A stretch of DNA of 64,000 nucleotides from a bacterium (GTDB lineage: Bacteria; UBA8248). The DNA is taken from assembly GCA_965204535.1 (NCBI GenBank), contig OZ241996.1, forward strand, positions 608,001 to 672,000, given 5' to 3'. The translations under genes and the position numbers were made by a program. This document shows, one piece after another, positions 50,884 to 60,575 of this stretch; within the stretch, counting starts at the first letter, position 1, and each line of letters starts with the position of its first letter. Below the pieces are notes generated by a model, which did no database searches, was not told the origin of the DNA, and worked only from the letters and a program-made list of their open reading frames with translations.

Positions 50884-50907
50884 AGGTGAGGTAATCCCTG
50901 AAAATCC

Positions 50908-50982
50908 TGGCTCCGGCGGTAGGATTCGAACCTACAACCCATCGGTTAACAGCCGATTGCTCTGCCGTTGAGCTACGCCGGA
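50908..50982 (-). tRNA. tRNA-Asn(GTT)
   Basis: TCCGGCGTAGCTCAACGGCAGAGC...CTGTTAA...GTTCGAATCC...GCCA cloverleaf with encoded CCA. Confidence 0.97.
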
Positions 50983-51073
50983 GTGAGAGGCGTTTCGCCT
51001 GAGTCGATATTCTACCGGATTCGGCACCGGCTCCCAAGCGTAAGGGGTTTATAGGGAAGCGGGCGCGGGCTTG

Positions 51074-52015
51074 TCAAGACGTCTCGGGTCCGCGCCCTTC
51101 CGCCAACTCGTGTTCTTCGTCGCCCAACGCTCGCCGGATCGCTTCGGCCAGACCGCGCGGGCGGATGCCGAACATCCCGAAAGCCATCCCATCGCTCACG
51201 GTCGTCTCGTTGCGGAGGCTTTCGACGAGTTTGCGCCCGACCCTGGCGTATAAGGGAGTAACCAGCGCGAGCCACAGGCTCGACAGGCGGGGGGTGAGCA
51301 CCGGAACGGCGATCATCACCCTATGCAGTCCCCGCTGACGGGCGTATTCCGCCATGATGTCCCCGTAGGAGGCGCGGTCGGCTCCCCCGATTTCCAGGAT
51401 GAGGCTTCGCCCCGGGGGAGCGTCGAGAGCGGCGACAAGGTAATCGATGACGTCTTCGACGGCGATCGGCTGGGCAAGCGTGCGAACCCAGCGAGGCGTC
51501 ACCATGACGGGCAGCCTCTCCACCAGCGCCCGGATCATCTCGAACGAGAGACTTCCCGAGCCGATGATGATCGAGGCCCTCAGTTCAATCGTCTGCACAC
51601 CGGATTCGCGGAGGATGCGGCCCACTTCCTGCCTGCTCGCAAGGTGGTCGGACAACGCATCCTCGTTTCCGAGCCCGCCCAGATAGACGATGCGCTCAAC
51701 CCCTGCGGCCCGGGCCGCGGATGCGAACCCCTTGGCGGCCTCGCGGTCTTCTCGGGTGAAGTCTCCGCCGGACGCCATCGAATGAACCAGGTAGTAGGCG
51801 GTGGATATGCCGCGCATGGCCGCGGGGAGCGTTGCGGGCTTTAAGAGGTCGCCACGCACCACCTCGGTCCTCGGTGCGACATGTGGTTCGAGGGCTTCCG
51901 GGCGGCGCGCGAGGCATCGGACCTCGTGCGATTCGGCTTCGAGCCGGCGGCGTAACCGACCCCCGATGTATCCGGTCGCGCCGGTCAACAGGATTTTATG
52001 ATGGTTGTCGGCCAA
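51074..52015 (-). CDS. NAD(P)-binding atypical SDR (YbjT-like)
   Basis: TGATGYIG, YYLVHSM, HLASR, IIGSGS. Confidence 0.85.
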   Translation of the reverse strand: MADNHHKILLTGATGYIGGRLRRRLEAESHEVRCLARRPEALEPHVAPRTEVVRGDLLKPATLPAAMRGISTAYYLVHSMASGGDFTREDREAAKGFASAARAAGVERIVYLGGLGNEDALSDHLASRQEVGRILRESGVQTIELRASIIIGSGSLSFEMIRALVERLPVMVTPRWVRTLAQPIAVEDVIDYLVAALDAPPGRSLILEIGGADRASYGDIMAEYARQRGLHRVMIAVPVLTPRLSSLWLALVTPLYARVGRKLVESLRNETTVSDGMAFGMFGIRPRGLAEAIRRALGDEEHELAEGRGPETS

Positions 52016-52403
52016 CGGTAGACCCCCCGTCTGGTTTTTCCGAAATGGCGGCAGGTCGCGGCGATATCCACCCGGGATGAACGGAAGCCCGAGGGCTTCG
52101 GAAAGAGTGGTATTGAGTTGTGCCGGAGAGGTTGACGAACTTTAGCGGGAAACGAAGGAGACGCTTCGTTTCGGTATCCGGAGAGCTTACAGGGTCATCG
52201 AACATGGGAAACTTCCCTGTCTGTAGCGGCGCGACTCCGAAACCCCGTGGGGACAGGGAGTCAAGAGCCAAGTCTAAACAAATTGCCCGCCTAGGGGAAG
52301 AAAAATGATCCGTCGCGGTTTATGCGACGAGACGCCGATATATCCAGTGAATCGTTGGATTTGCGAGGCGTTCAGGATGTGGAGCAGGGGAGGCGGCCAT
52401 ACG

Positions 52404-53765
52404 CTAGTCGAGCAGCACCCTCGGCAGCCACATGGCGATTTCGGGGAAGACGATGACCAGCCCCAGCCCGATGAGCTGGAGAATCACGAAGGGAATGATA
52501 CCGCGGTATATCTGTTGCAGACGCACCTCTGGCGGGGCCACGCCCTTCATGTAGAACAACGCGAAGCCGAAAGGCGGCGTCAGGAAAGACGTCTGCAGGT
52601 TGACCGCCATCAGAATCGAGAACCAGTAGATGACCTCGCTCTTGGGCAGGTGGTCGCCGAAATCGAGCTCTGCGAGGATCGGCGCGAACACCGGAAGCAC
52701 GATGAGGGTGATCTCGATCCAGTCGAAGAAGAATCCGAGGATGAACGTCACCGCCATCAGGATCATCAGGATCCACCAGGGGTTGGTCCCCACCGAGTAA
52801 ATCACGTCCTGGATGAAGTCGTCGCCCCCGAGCGAGCGGAAGACGTAGGAGAAGGCGGTCGCGCCGACGAAAATGAAAAACAGCATCGCGTTGGTGAGCG
52901 AGGTGCGCTCGACCACGTCTTTCAGGACCGACCAGGTGAGCTGCCGGTTGACGATGGCGAGCAGGGTCGCTCCGGCCGCGCCGACCCCGGCCGCTTCGGT
53001 GGGCGTCGCCCAGCCGACGACGATTGACCCCAGCACCAGGACGATCAAAAACACAGCCGGCACCAGACCTTTGAGCAAGAGCAGGAGCAGTTCACCCGAT
53101 GTTTGCGGACCCATTTCCTTGGGCAGACGCGGCGCCAGGGCGGGGTTCACCATGCACCTCGTAAAGATGTAGGCGAAGTAGAGGCCGGAAAGAATCAGGC
53201 CGGGGAAGATGGCCGCGACGAACAGGGTCCCCACCGAGCGCCCGAGGAGATCGGCCATAATGACCAGCATGATGCTGGGCGGTATCAGGATGCCGAGCGT
53301 GCCCGATGCGGCGATGGTGCCGGTCGCGAGTTCCATGTTGTATTCGCGCTCGACCATGACCGGCAGCGCCATCAGGCTGATCATCACGACCGACGCGCCG
53401 ATGATGCCGGTCGTCGCCGCGAGGATGGTCCCCATGACCGTGACGGCGAGCGCCAGCCCGCCCGGCGTGCGCCGCAGCACCACCTGGAGACAGTACAGGA
53501 GATTGGCGGCGACGCCGGATCGCTCCAGCATCGTCCCCATGAAAATGAACATCGGTATCGCCACCAGCACCAGGTTGTCGGCGAAACCCCAGATGCGGAG
53601 CACGAGGTTGAAGAACTCGACTTGGGAGAAGACCTCGAAATACATGCCGATGAAGCCGAAAAAGAGCCCCACGCCGCCCAGCACGAATCCGACCGGGAAG
53701 CCCGAGAACAGGAGGATCGCCAGGGTGATGAACATGCAAGCCGGCAGGTAATCCTCGATATACAT
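52404..53765 (-). CDS. dctM: TRAP transporter large permease
   Basis: GTLGILIPPS, FLTPPFGFALFY; multiple TM. Confidence 0.93.
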   Translation of the reverse strand: MYIEDYLPACMFITLAILLFSGFPVGFVLGGVGLFFGFIGMYFEVFSQVEFFNLVLRIWGFADNLVLVAIPMFIFMGTMLERSGVAANLLYCLQVVLRRTPGGLALAVTVMGTILAATTGIIGASVVMISLMALPVMVEREYNMELATGTIAASGTLGILIPPSIMLVIMADLLGRSVGTLFVAAIFPGLILSGLYFAYIFTRCMVNPALAPRLPKEMGPQTSGELLLLLLKGLVPAVFLIVLVLGSIVVGWATPTEAAGVGAAGATLLAIVNRQLTWSVLKDVVERTSLTNAMLFFIFVGATAFSYVFRSLGGDDFIQDVIYSVGTNPWWILMILMAVTFILGFFFDWIEITLIVLPVFAPILAELDFGDHLPKSEVIYWFSILMAVNLQTSFLTPPFGFALFYMKGVAPPEVRLQQIYRGIIPFVILQLIGLGLVIVFPEIAMWLPRVLLD

Positions 53766-53777
53766 GCGCTGGCGCTC

Positions 53778-54350
53778 CTAGTTCGACCCGGTCTGTTCGG
53801 TACCGGACTCTTCCTTTTTGGGGAGGAGTTGACGGAGATCCGCCGGGCCGAACAACTCGATGATCTTGCGCAGCAGGATGGTAATTCCTGACAGAAGAAG
53901 GACGAAGAGCCCTATCGGCAGGCACGCCTTGATCGCCCATCGATAGGGGAGGCCGGTCGCGGAGTCTGAGGCCTCGCCGACGGCCCAGGATCTCTCGACG
54001 AAGTCTTCAGCGAAATAGGTGACGATCAGACAATAGGGGATTACGAACACGATGCAGCCGATTAACTCGACCCAATCCTTGGCGCGCGTACTCAGCCGTT
54101 CGCGGAGCAGGTCGATCCGCACGTGGGCGTCCTCGATATAGGTGAAACCGATACACAACAGGAACAAGACTGCGTGGAGGTGCCATTCGCCTTCCTGGAG
54201 CTTGGTCGAGCCCAGCACCAGGAAGCGCCGGGTCACGACGTCGAAGATGATGACGACCATCAGCGGAATCGAGAGCCAGGCGCTGATCTTTCCGACGCCA
54301 GTCACGATTCGGGCCAGAAACTCTTGTATTCGAAAAAGTTGCCGCATCAA
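53778..54350 (-). CDS. dctQ: TRAP transporter small permease
   Basis: EWHL, HVRID; 4 TM. Confidence 0.9.
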   Translation of the reverse strand: MMRQLFRIQEFLARIVTGVGKISAWLSIPLMVVIIFDVVTRRFLVLGSTKLQEGEWHLHAVLFLLCIGFTYIEDAHVRIDLLRERLSTRAKDWVELIGCIVFVIPYCLIVTYFAEDFVERSWAVGEASDSATGLPYRWAIKACLPIGLFVLLLSGITILLRKIIELFGPADLRQLLPKKEESGTEQTGSN

Positions 54351-54375
54351 TGGGCTTTCCGGCGCAACATACGCG

Positions 54376-54416
54376 AAAAAGGCGCCGGAACCGTGACCGT
54401 TACGGCTCCGGCGCCT
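54376..54416 (-). terminator. Hairpin plus U-run between dctP and dctQ
   Basis: AGGCGCCGGA...TCCGGCGCCTTTTT on minus strand. Confidence 0.7.
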
Positions 54417-54459
54417 GTGGGTGTTTCAAGCGAGACGGCTGAGCGCCGTCACATGGGCA

Positions 54460-55521
54460 TTACCTTAAGTATCCGAGGTCCTTCCATATCGCGTATTCCT
54501 TACGGAAAGCGCTGTAGGATTCCCATACCTTCTTGAAGGTCGCGTCGCGCGCGGCGTCAGCAGCGGCGACTTCGGCCCATTTCTTCTCGAGCGTGTCCAG
54601 GATCGACTGGGGCCAGCGATGAATGTTGACGCCCTTCTTCTTGAGTTCGGCCAAAGCCTTGCCCTGAATGGCCTCGCCCTCGGCGAGCCCCTGGCGGAAC
54701 GCGTCGCCGCACGACACCTCAATCTGCGCCCGCTGGGTGTCGGTGAGCGCGTCCCACTTCTTCCTGTTCAGCAGCAATTCGAAAACCGTCGACTGCTGGT
54801 GCCAGCCGGGGAAGTAGTAGTGCTTCGCCACCTGGTAGAAGCCGAGGTTCAAGTCGATCGCCGGCATGGAGTATTCCGTCGCGTCGATCGAGCCGCGCTC
54901 GAGCGCCGGGAAGATGTCGCCGCCCGCAATAAGCTGGGTCGATACGCCCACCTTCTCCATCACTTTGGCGCCCAGCCCGAAGAAGCGCATCTTCAAACCC
55001 TTCAGGTCGTCGATGCCCTTGATCTCCTTGCGGAACCAGCCCGACGCTTCGGGCGCGATAACGCCGCAGGGTAGCGATTTCAGGCCATGCTTCTTGTAGA
55101 TCGCATCCCAGAGCTCTATGCCGCCGCCGTAAAAAATCCAGCCCATATATTCGCCTGCTCTGGGGCCGAAGGGAACGGCGGCGAACATGGCGAGCGCCGG
55201 CTCCTTGCCGTACCAGTAGCCGGGCGTCGACCAGCACGCATCCACCGAGCCCTTCGCAACGGCGTCGAAGCACTCCTTGGCCGGGATCAGCGCGTTGGGC
55301 TCGAAGAACCTGATCTTGATGTTGCCGCCCGAAACCTTATCTAGACGGTCGACCATTTCTTTGCCCATCGAGCCGAGCTGGGTCAATTTGCTCGGGAACC
55401 AACTCGCCATTTTCCAGCGTATGCGCTTTGCGGCGTCCGCTTCACCGACTCCCGACGCCACCATCGTGAAGCTCAGCGCACAGATCATAAACCCGATCGT
55501 CGTAAGTTTCCTGATCGTCAT
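54460..55521 (-). CDS. dctP: TRAP transporter substrate-binding protein (TakP-like)
   Basis: Signal peptide, GWFRKEI, GLKMR, YYFPGWHQ. Confidence 0.92.
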   Translation of the reverse strand: MTIRKLTTIGFMICALSFTMVASGVGEADAAKRIRWKMASWFPSKLTQLGSMGKEMVDRLDKVSGGNIKIRFFEPNALIPAKECFDAVAKGSVDACWSTPGYWYGKEPALAMFAAVPFGPRAGEYMGWIFYGGGIELWDAIYKKHGLKSLPCGVIAPEASGWFRKEIKGIDDLKGLKMRFFGLGAKVMEKVGVSTQLIAGGDIFPALERGSIDATEYSMPAIDLNLGFYQVAKHYYFPGWHQQSTVFELLLNRKKWDALTDTQRAQIEVSCGDAFRQGLAEGEAIQGKALAELKKKGVNIHRWPQSILDTLEKKWAEVAAADAARDATFKKVWESYSAFRKEYAIWKDLGYLR

Positions 55522-55811
55522 CAGCAGTTCCCTCCTTTCGAGTTGGACGAATCTCAAATCAGGGGCATCCATCTCCCTCGTTGATAAGGAGCCCCCATAA
55601 CCTCCTGCGTCATGATTTCTCTGGATAAGATTGATTCTAATTTTCCTGATTCATTCTATCTAACGCCAGACCGGTGTCAAGGGGTTAAATTCGGGGGCAA
55701 GCTGGCTTCCGAAGTTCGCGACGAATCTTCCATTTTTCGGGTGAGGTGTGATGCACATTGAAAATCGGGCAGGGTTGATGGCTGCGCAATTCATCGGGAA
55801 TCCCTGAAACG

Positions 55812-56630
55812 TCAGAAGCCGTAATAGCGCGGGTAGCCTTGTTTCTCCCAGAACCCGCCCAGGTCTTCGTTCGTGAAAAAGACGTAGCGCAGGAATTTCG
55901 CGCTCTTCCAGCCCACGTTCGTGGGCGAGGCGAGACGCAGCGGCGCGCCGTGCTCCAGGGGCAGCGTCTCGCCGTTGTACTCATACGCGAGGACGTTCTG
56001 CGGGTGCATCGCCTGCTTGAGATCGAACGTCACGCTGTAGCGCTCGTGCCCGTTCGCGGTGGCGAGCATGTCGTCGCACAGGAAGAACACGTAACGGCTC
56101 TCGGGTCTGAGCTTGTGCATTTCGATGAAGCGCGCGAGATGCACTCCCCGCCAGTGGCATATCGCGCTCCAGCCCTCGACGCAGATGTGCTCCACCGTCT
56201 GCTCCAGTACCGGCATCTCGCGAAGTTGTTCGAGCGTGTATTCCCGCACCCAGTGGCGCTTCATCATCTGCCCGTTTCTGAGATGGGCCTCCCCAACGAC
56301 GAGCCGCCACTCCTCGGGAGGGGTCTCGATGATCCGGGAGTTCGGCGTGACCACCGAGCCGTTGGGCCGCATCTGATCGGGCTGGACGGCGCTTCGGGGG
56401 TAGGTGCGCGCGAGGCGGTGGTTGCTGTCCGTAATGAGGCCCACCTTGTGGTTCAGGCGATCGAACCAGCTCAGCACGGCCTGCACGCCGGGTTCTTCGT
56501 TCAGGCGCGAGCACCCGGCCATGAAGGCGGAGGCGGCGGCTACGAGCATCTTCATGAATCCGCGCCGCGAAGCCGTCGATTTGCCCCCGCGGGATCCCAT
56601 GATTCGCTTTTCGCCTTTTTTCATCTTCAC
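55812..56630 (-). CDS. Tat-exported molybdopterin oxidoreductase (sulfite oxidase / MsrP-YedY family)
   Basis: SRRGFMK twin-arginine signal; HICVEGWS Mo-ligand Cys; EHGAPLRL; GWKSAK. Confidence 0.88.
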   Translation of the reverse strand: MKMKKGEKRIMGSRGGKSTASRRGFMKMLVAAASAFMAGCSRLNEEPGVQAVLSWFDRLNHKVGLITDSNHRLARTYPRSAVQPDQMRPNGSVVTPNSRIIETPPEEWRLVVGEAHLRNGQMMKRHWVREYTLEQLREMPVLEQTVEHICVEGWSAICHWRGVHLARFIEMHKLRPESRYVFFLCDDMLATANGHERYSVTFDLKQAMHPQNVLAYEYNGETLPLEHGAPLRLASPTNVGWKSAKFLRYVFFTNEDLGGFWEKQGYPRYYGF

Positions 56631-56911
56631 TCTCCGGAGGACTCAGGCGGCGGCTTCAACACCTTGATGACGACGGGCGCGATGATGGGGACGGCCAGGA
56701 CGAGGGAGGTCGGATACAAAATGCAGGCCCACGTCAGAAACCCGAACTCAAATCGCGTTATCCAGGCCATCGGCCCGCTCAGGAGATAAGCGGCGATCAA
56801 GGCCAGCGCGGCGTTGATGCAGACGACGCCCAATACCAGCTTGCCGGCAAAAAGCCTGCGCCTCGCCAGTTGGGTTGGCAATACGAATTCGGTTTGTTCT
56901 TCCGTACCCAT
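56627..56911 (-). CDS. Small 2-TM membrane protein
   Basis: Hydrophobic; tightly packed between operon neighbours. Confidence 0.65.
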   Translation of the reverse strand: MGTEEQTEFVLPTQLARRRLFAGKLVLGVVCINAALALIAAYLLSGPMAWITRFEFGFLTWACILYPTSLVLAVPIIAPVVIKVLKPPPESSGE

Positions 56912-56914
56912 CCC

Positions 56915-57904
56915 TCAGCTTCCCGCTTTCGCCTTGCGCCGGAAGTCTCCAATGCGCCGTCCGCGCATGAGACCCAAGCGGATAAGGAGATACCCCGGCG
57001 CGCCGAACCACACGCCTGAGGCCTCACCGCCCAAAACTGCGTTCATCATATCCGCAACGAGGCTCCCGAGCCAGAAGACGAGCACCAGGATCGCCGCCTC
57101 CTCGGCGACGCGCCCGAGATTTTTGGCGAATTGCCTTTGTCTGGCCCGAAAGGCGTCTCGCTCCGCCTTGATCCCGACGATCATAGGCGCGAGTCCGCGC
57201 CGCCATCCGTGGGATATCACCATCAGGAAATGACCGATCATGAAGACGACCAGAAACAGCATCACCAGAAAATGCAGGAACCGGCTCGGCTGATAGCCCC
57301 CGAAAAGCCAGGTGAGCCAACCGAGTTGTACGGGTTTCAGGATGGCGAGGCCCGTCAAAACGGAGAGCACCCCGGCCAGTATGACGACGTTGTATGTGAT
57401 TTTTTGGATCGGGTTGAATTTCCCCTCGCCGGGGGAATGGTGAAAGGTCTTGACGGGATGCAGGAGCATTTCCTTGACGCCGGAGAAATCCGCCCGCGTG
57501 ATGCGGTAGTGCCTCCCTTCTTCCGTCAGGAGGAGCAGGAGCAGGAAGATCAGCCCGTTGATGGTGTAGGGCCACATGAGGGCGAAGTGCCAGCGCAGCG
57601 CGCCCGCGAGCCACTCGCCGATGCCGAAGGTTTTCGTGAGGCTTTGGACGAAAACCCTGTAGTCGGCGCCCAGGTTGATGGCGCGCGGGTCGGCCCGGGT
57701 TTCCGTCCCCCGCAGCGCCTCGTAGATCGCTTCGGGGTTGGGCCTGTCCGGGCCGAAAGCGGGGTACGCCCACCATATCTGAAACCCGCTCGCCATCATC
57801 AGGAGCAGGAGCGGCACGTTCAGCCAGTGGGTGAGCCTTAAGAGAGACGAGTAGGAATAGGCGGGCGCGTTCTCCGGTTGCGACGTTTCTTCTGTTTCCA
57901 TCAT
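56915..57904 (-). CDS. Cytochrome b (Ni-hydrogenase b-type family) membrane subunit
   Basis: RLTHW, WHF, NPIQK, HF...H heme ligands. Confidence 0.88.
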   Translation of the reverse strand: MMETEETSQPENAPAYSYSSLLRLTHWLNVPLLLLMMASGFQIWWAYPAFGPDRPNPEAIYEALRGTETRADPRAINLGADYRVFVQSLTKTFGIGEWLAGALRWHFALMWPYTINGLIFLLLLLLTEEGRHYRITRADFSGVKEMLLHPVKTFHHSPGEGKFNPIQKITYNVVILAGVLSVLTGLAILKPVQLGWLTWLFGGYQPSRFLHFLVMLFLVVFMIGHFLMVISHGWRRGLAPMIVGIKAERDAFRARQRQFAKNLGRVAEEAAILVLVFWLGSLVADMMNAVLGGEASGVWFGAPGYLLIRLGLMRGRRIGDFRRKAKAGS

Positions 57905-58425
57905 TTTTCGGCGAGCAGCTTCATGATCATCGCTTCGGTGCGCTCGTGGTTGCCCTCGCCGATCGTCTTGAAGCGCACGACCCCTTTCTTGTCGATCAGG
58001 TATTTCGTCGGCCAGAAGCGATTCTGAAACGCGTCCCAGTTGGTGAAGTCGTTGTCCAGCACGACGCGGTATTTGATGCCGAGCTTGGCCATGGCTTCTT
58101 CGACGTTTTCTTTTTTCCTGTCGAAGTTGAACTCGGGCGCGTGGTTTCCGATGACGACCAGCCCCTTGTCTTCATAGCGCTCGTGCCACGAGCGCAGCGT
58201 GGGGATCTCCCGCACGCAATTGATTCAGGCGAACGTCCACATGTCGAGAAGCACCACCTTGCCGCGCAGATCGGCGAGCTTCACGGGTTCGCCGCCAATC
58301 CAGGGCCCGCCCTTGAGTTCGGGCGCGCGCGCGCCGGGCCCGAGCCCCGATGCGCCCGCCTGGTAGAACGTCCAGAACACGGCGAGAACGGCGATGGCGA
58401 TGATGCAGATGAGGGTTCGCTTCAT
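57901..58425 (-). CDS. Exported thioredoxin-like redoxin (DipZ/TlpA-type), predicted selenoprotein (UxxC)
   Basis: Two track ORFs are one frame split by TGA 58225-58227: KVVLLDMWTFA-U-INC-VREIP...HAPEF...WPTKYLID; signal peptide. Confidence 0.85.
58197..58217 (-). promoter_or_regulatory. Putative bacterial SECIS
   Basis: GCGUG(C)GGG-AGAU-CCCCACGC hairpin; loop starts 17 nt after UGA and contains G. Confidence 0.6.
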
Positions 58426-58571
58426 GGTGGTCTCCTAGGCATAAGACGGCTTGTGAACACTTTAGGAGAAGGTTTGAGCGGATGCAAATACTTCTATACG
58501 ATGAATCGGGTGCTTATGCTGCCCCGCAGTTCAAATTTCGGTGAAGTTTATCCATTCAGGTGGAGAAGAAC

Positions 58572-58916
58572 GTGAAATATTACAATTTCGAAGAAATGGA
58601 AGCGCACGACACCGGGGAGAGGATTCAGCGCGTGGTGGCGGGCGAGCGTCTGACCGTGCTTCGCCAGACGATTCGCGCCGGCGTGGATATGTACAACCCC
58701 CATTCGCACCCGAACGAGCAGATGACGATCGTGCTGGAAGGCACGGCGAGGTTCGCTTGCGGCGGGAAGGAAGTGGTGCTCGGGCCAGGCGGCGTCGTGG
58801 TTTTTCCGCCGAACCAGGAGCACTCCACGCGCAACGCGGGCGATGGGCCGCTCGTCTTGGAGGAGATCTTCACCCCGGGCGTCGAGAAGCTGAACGAGCT
58901 GGCGCCCGAGGGCTGA
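58572..58916 (+). CDS. Cupin domain protein
   Basis: PHSHPNEQ, PPNQEH. Confidence 0.88.
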   Translation: MKYYNFEEMEAHDTGERIQRVVAGERLTVLRQTIRAGVDMYNPHSHPNEQMTIVLEGTARFACGGKEVVLGPGGVVVFPPNQEHSTRNAGDGPLVLEEIFTPGVEKLNELAPEG

Positions 58917-58933
58917 ATGAGCCGGAGAGAAGC

Positions 58934-59740
58934 ATGAGCCGTCTGACGATTACTGGACTCAAGAAAGATTTCGACGACGTTTGCGCGGTCGACAATCTCT
59001 CCCTGGCGCTCGAAGACCGGGAGTTCATGGTGCTCGTCGGTCCCACGGGTTGCGGTAAATCGACGCTCTTGCGCCTCATCGCCGGCGTGGAGGATGAAGA
59101 CGGCGGCCACATTTATCTCGACGGCGTGCGGCTGAACGGCATTCCTCCCGGAAGGCGCGGGGTGCAGCTCGTGTTCCAGAGCTATGCCCTCTGGCCGCAC
59201 ATGAGGGTTTTCGACGAGAAGAAATACTCGAACCTCGGCTTCGCGCTCAAAATCCGCCGCTGGCTGCCGGGCATCCTGAACGAGCGCGCCCAGGACGTGA
59301 TGCGGCGTCTGGGGATCAGCAAAAAATGGTCCCGCCGCCGCCCGGACAGCCTGAGTGCGGGCCAGCAGCAAAAAGTCGCCATCGGCCGCGCCATCGCCAT
59401 ACCCCCGCAGGTTTTTCTCCTGGATGAGCCCCTGGCGAACATCGATCCGGTCGCGAGGCTGGAGGTCCGAAAAGAACTGAGAAGAGTGCACGACGAGATC
59501 GGGGCGATCAGCCTGCTCGTGACGCACGATTTATCGGATGCGTTTCAGATCGCCGACAGGATTGCCGTGATGCGCGACGGCGTGATCGTCCAGGTCGACA
59601 CGCCGGAGAACCTCATCAACCATCCGGTGGATTCGTTCGTCGAGAGTTTCTTCACGAGCGTGCACCATGAAAGGCTGCTGCAGGAGTTCCGGGCGAGGCG
59701 CCGGGCCAGGAAGACGAAACCGACTCCAGACTCACCTTGA
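58934..59740 (+). CDS. ABC transporter ATP-binding protein (MalK-like); no adjacent permease
   Basis: GPTGCGKS, LSAGQQQ, LLDEP, VTHD. Confidence 0.88.
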   Translation: MSRLTITGLKKDFDDVCAVDNLSLALEDREFMVLVGPTGCGKSTLLRLIAGVEDEDGGHIYLDGVRLNGIPPGRRGVQLVFQSYALWPHMRVFDEKKYSNLGFALKIRRWLPGILNERAQDVMRRLGISKKWSRRRPDSLSAGQQQKVAIGRAIAIPPQVFLLDEPLANIDPVARLEVRKELRRVHDEIGAISLLVTHDLSDAFQIADRIAVMRDGVIVQVDTPENLINHPVDSFVESFFTSVHHERLLQEFRARRRARKTKPTPDSP

Positions 59741-60514
59741 CTCGGGGTTGGTTAGAAAATCCCGCCACGCCGCCCAGTAGGGCGTACCCCCCGTGTAATA
59801 CGTGTCGTTGTGGCCCGCTCCCTTGATGGTGAAAAACCGCTTGTGCTTTGAGCCCGCCGCCTCGTAGAGCCGCCTCCCCTGCGCGAAGGGTACGATTCCG
59901 TCCTTATCCCCGTGCAGGACGAACAGGGGGGTCTCCACTTCGGGGATCATGGCCGCGCTGTCGAATTTGGAGGAGATGATCCAGCCCACCGGCAGGAAGG
60001 GGAACATCTTCTTTCCCATGGCGAGGGTGCTCTCGAAGGGACTCTCGAGAATCAGGCCGCGCGCTTTCTTTCCTTCCAGGGCGAGCTTCACCACCACGGC
60101 CCCGCCCAAGGAGCGGCCAAAGAGAAAAATCCGCTCGGTCGGTACGCGCTCGGCGAGCCAGGCGTACGCGGCCCTGCCGTCGGCGTAGAGGCCCTCCTCG
60201 CCCGGTTTGCCCTCGCTTTTCCCGTAACCCCGGTAGTCGAAGATGAAGACGCCGGCGCCGAGTTCTTTTTGGATAAGCGCGATGTTCTCCGCGCGGTGGG
60301 AGAGGTTGCCCGCGTTGCCGTGCGCCCACAGGAGGACCGGGCCGTCGGGGTCTTTCGGCGCGACGTACCAGCCGTGCAGGCCTATGTCGTCTTCTGTCTT
60401 GAATGAGATGTTCTCGTAAACGACGCCGTAGTTTCCGGGCGTCACCTCGATTTCCCGGTAGGGGTGGTAGAGCAGGAAATTCTCTAATAGACCAAACATT
60501 CCCACGACCAACAA
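59732..60514 (-). CDS. Alpha/beta hydrolase (ABHD13-like); true start may lie slightly upstream
   Basis: HGNAGN, DYRGYG, GRSLGG, GHND. Confidence 0.88.
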   Translation of the reverse strand: MLVVGMFGLLENFLLYHPYREIEVTPGNYGVVYENISFKTEDDIGLHGWYVAPKDPDGPVLLWAHGNAGNLSHRAENIALIQKELGAGVFIFDYRGYGKSEGKPGEEGLYADGRAAYAWLAERVPTERIFLFGRSLGGAVVVKLALEGKKARGLILESPFESTLAMGKKMFPFLPVGWIISSKFDSAAMIPEVETPLFVLHGDKDGIVPFAQGRRLYEAAGSKHKRFFTIKGAGHNDTYYTGGTPYWAAWRDFLTNPESR

Positions 60515-60575
60515 AGCGCCTGCGCCGAGGAGCAGATAGCGATGGACTTTTTGCGAGATTCGCAGCGGACCATTC

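Noticed and set aside
52060-52300. Possible riboswitch or ncRNA in hairpin-rich intergenic region
   Set aside because: Several short hairpins, but no recognisable family consensus
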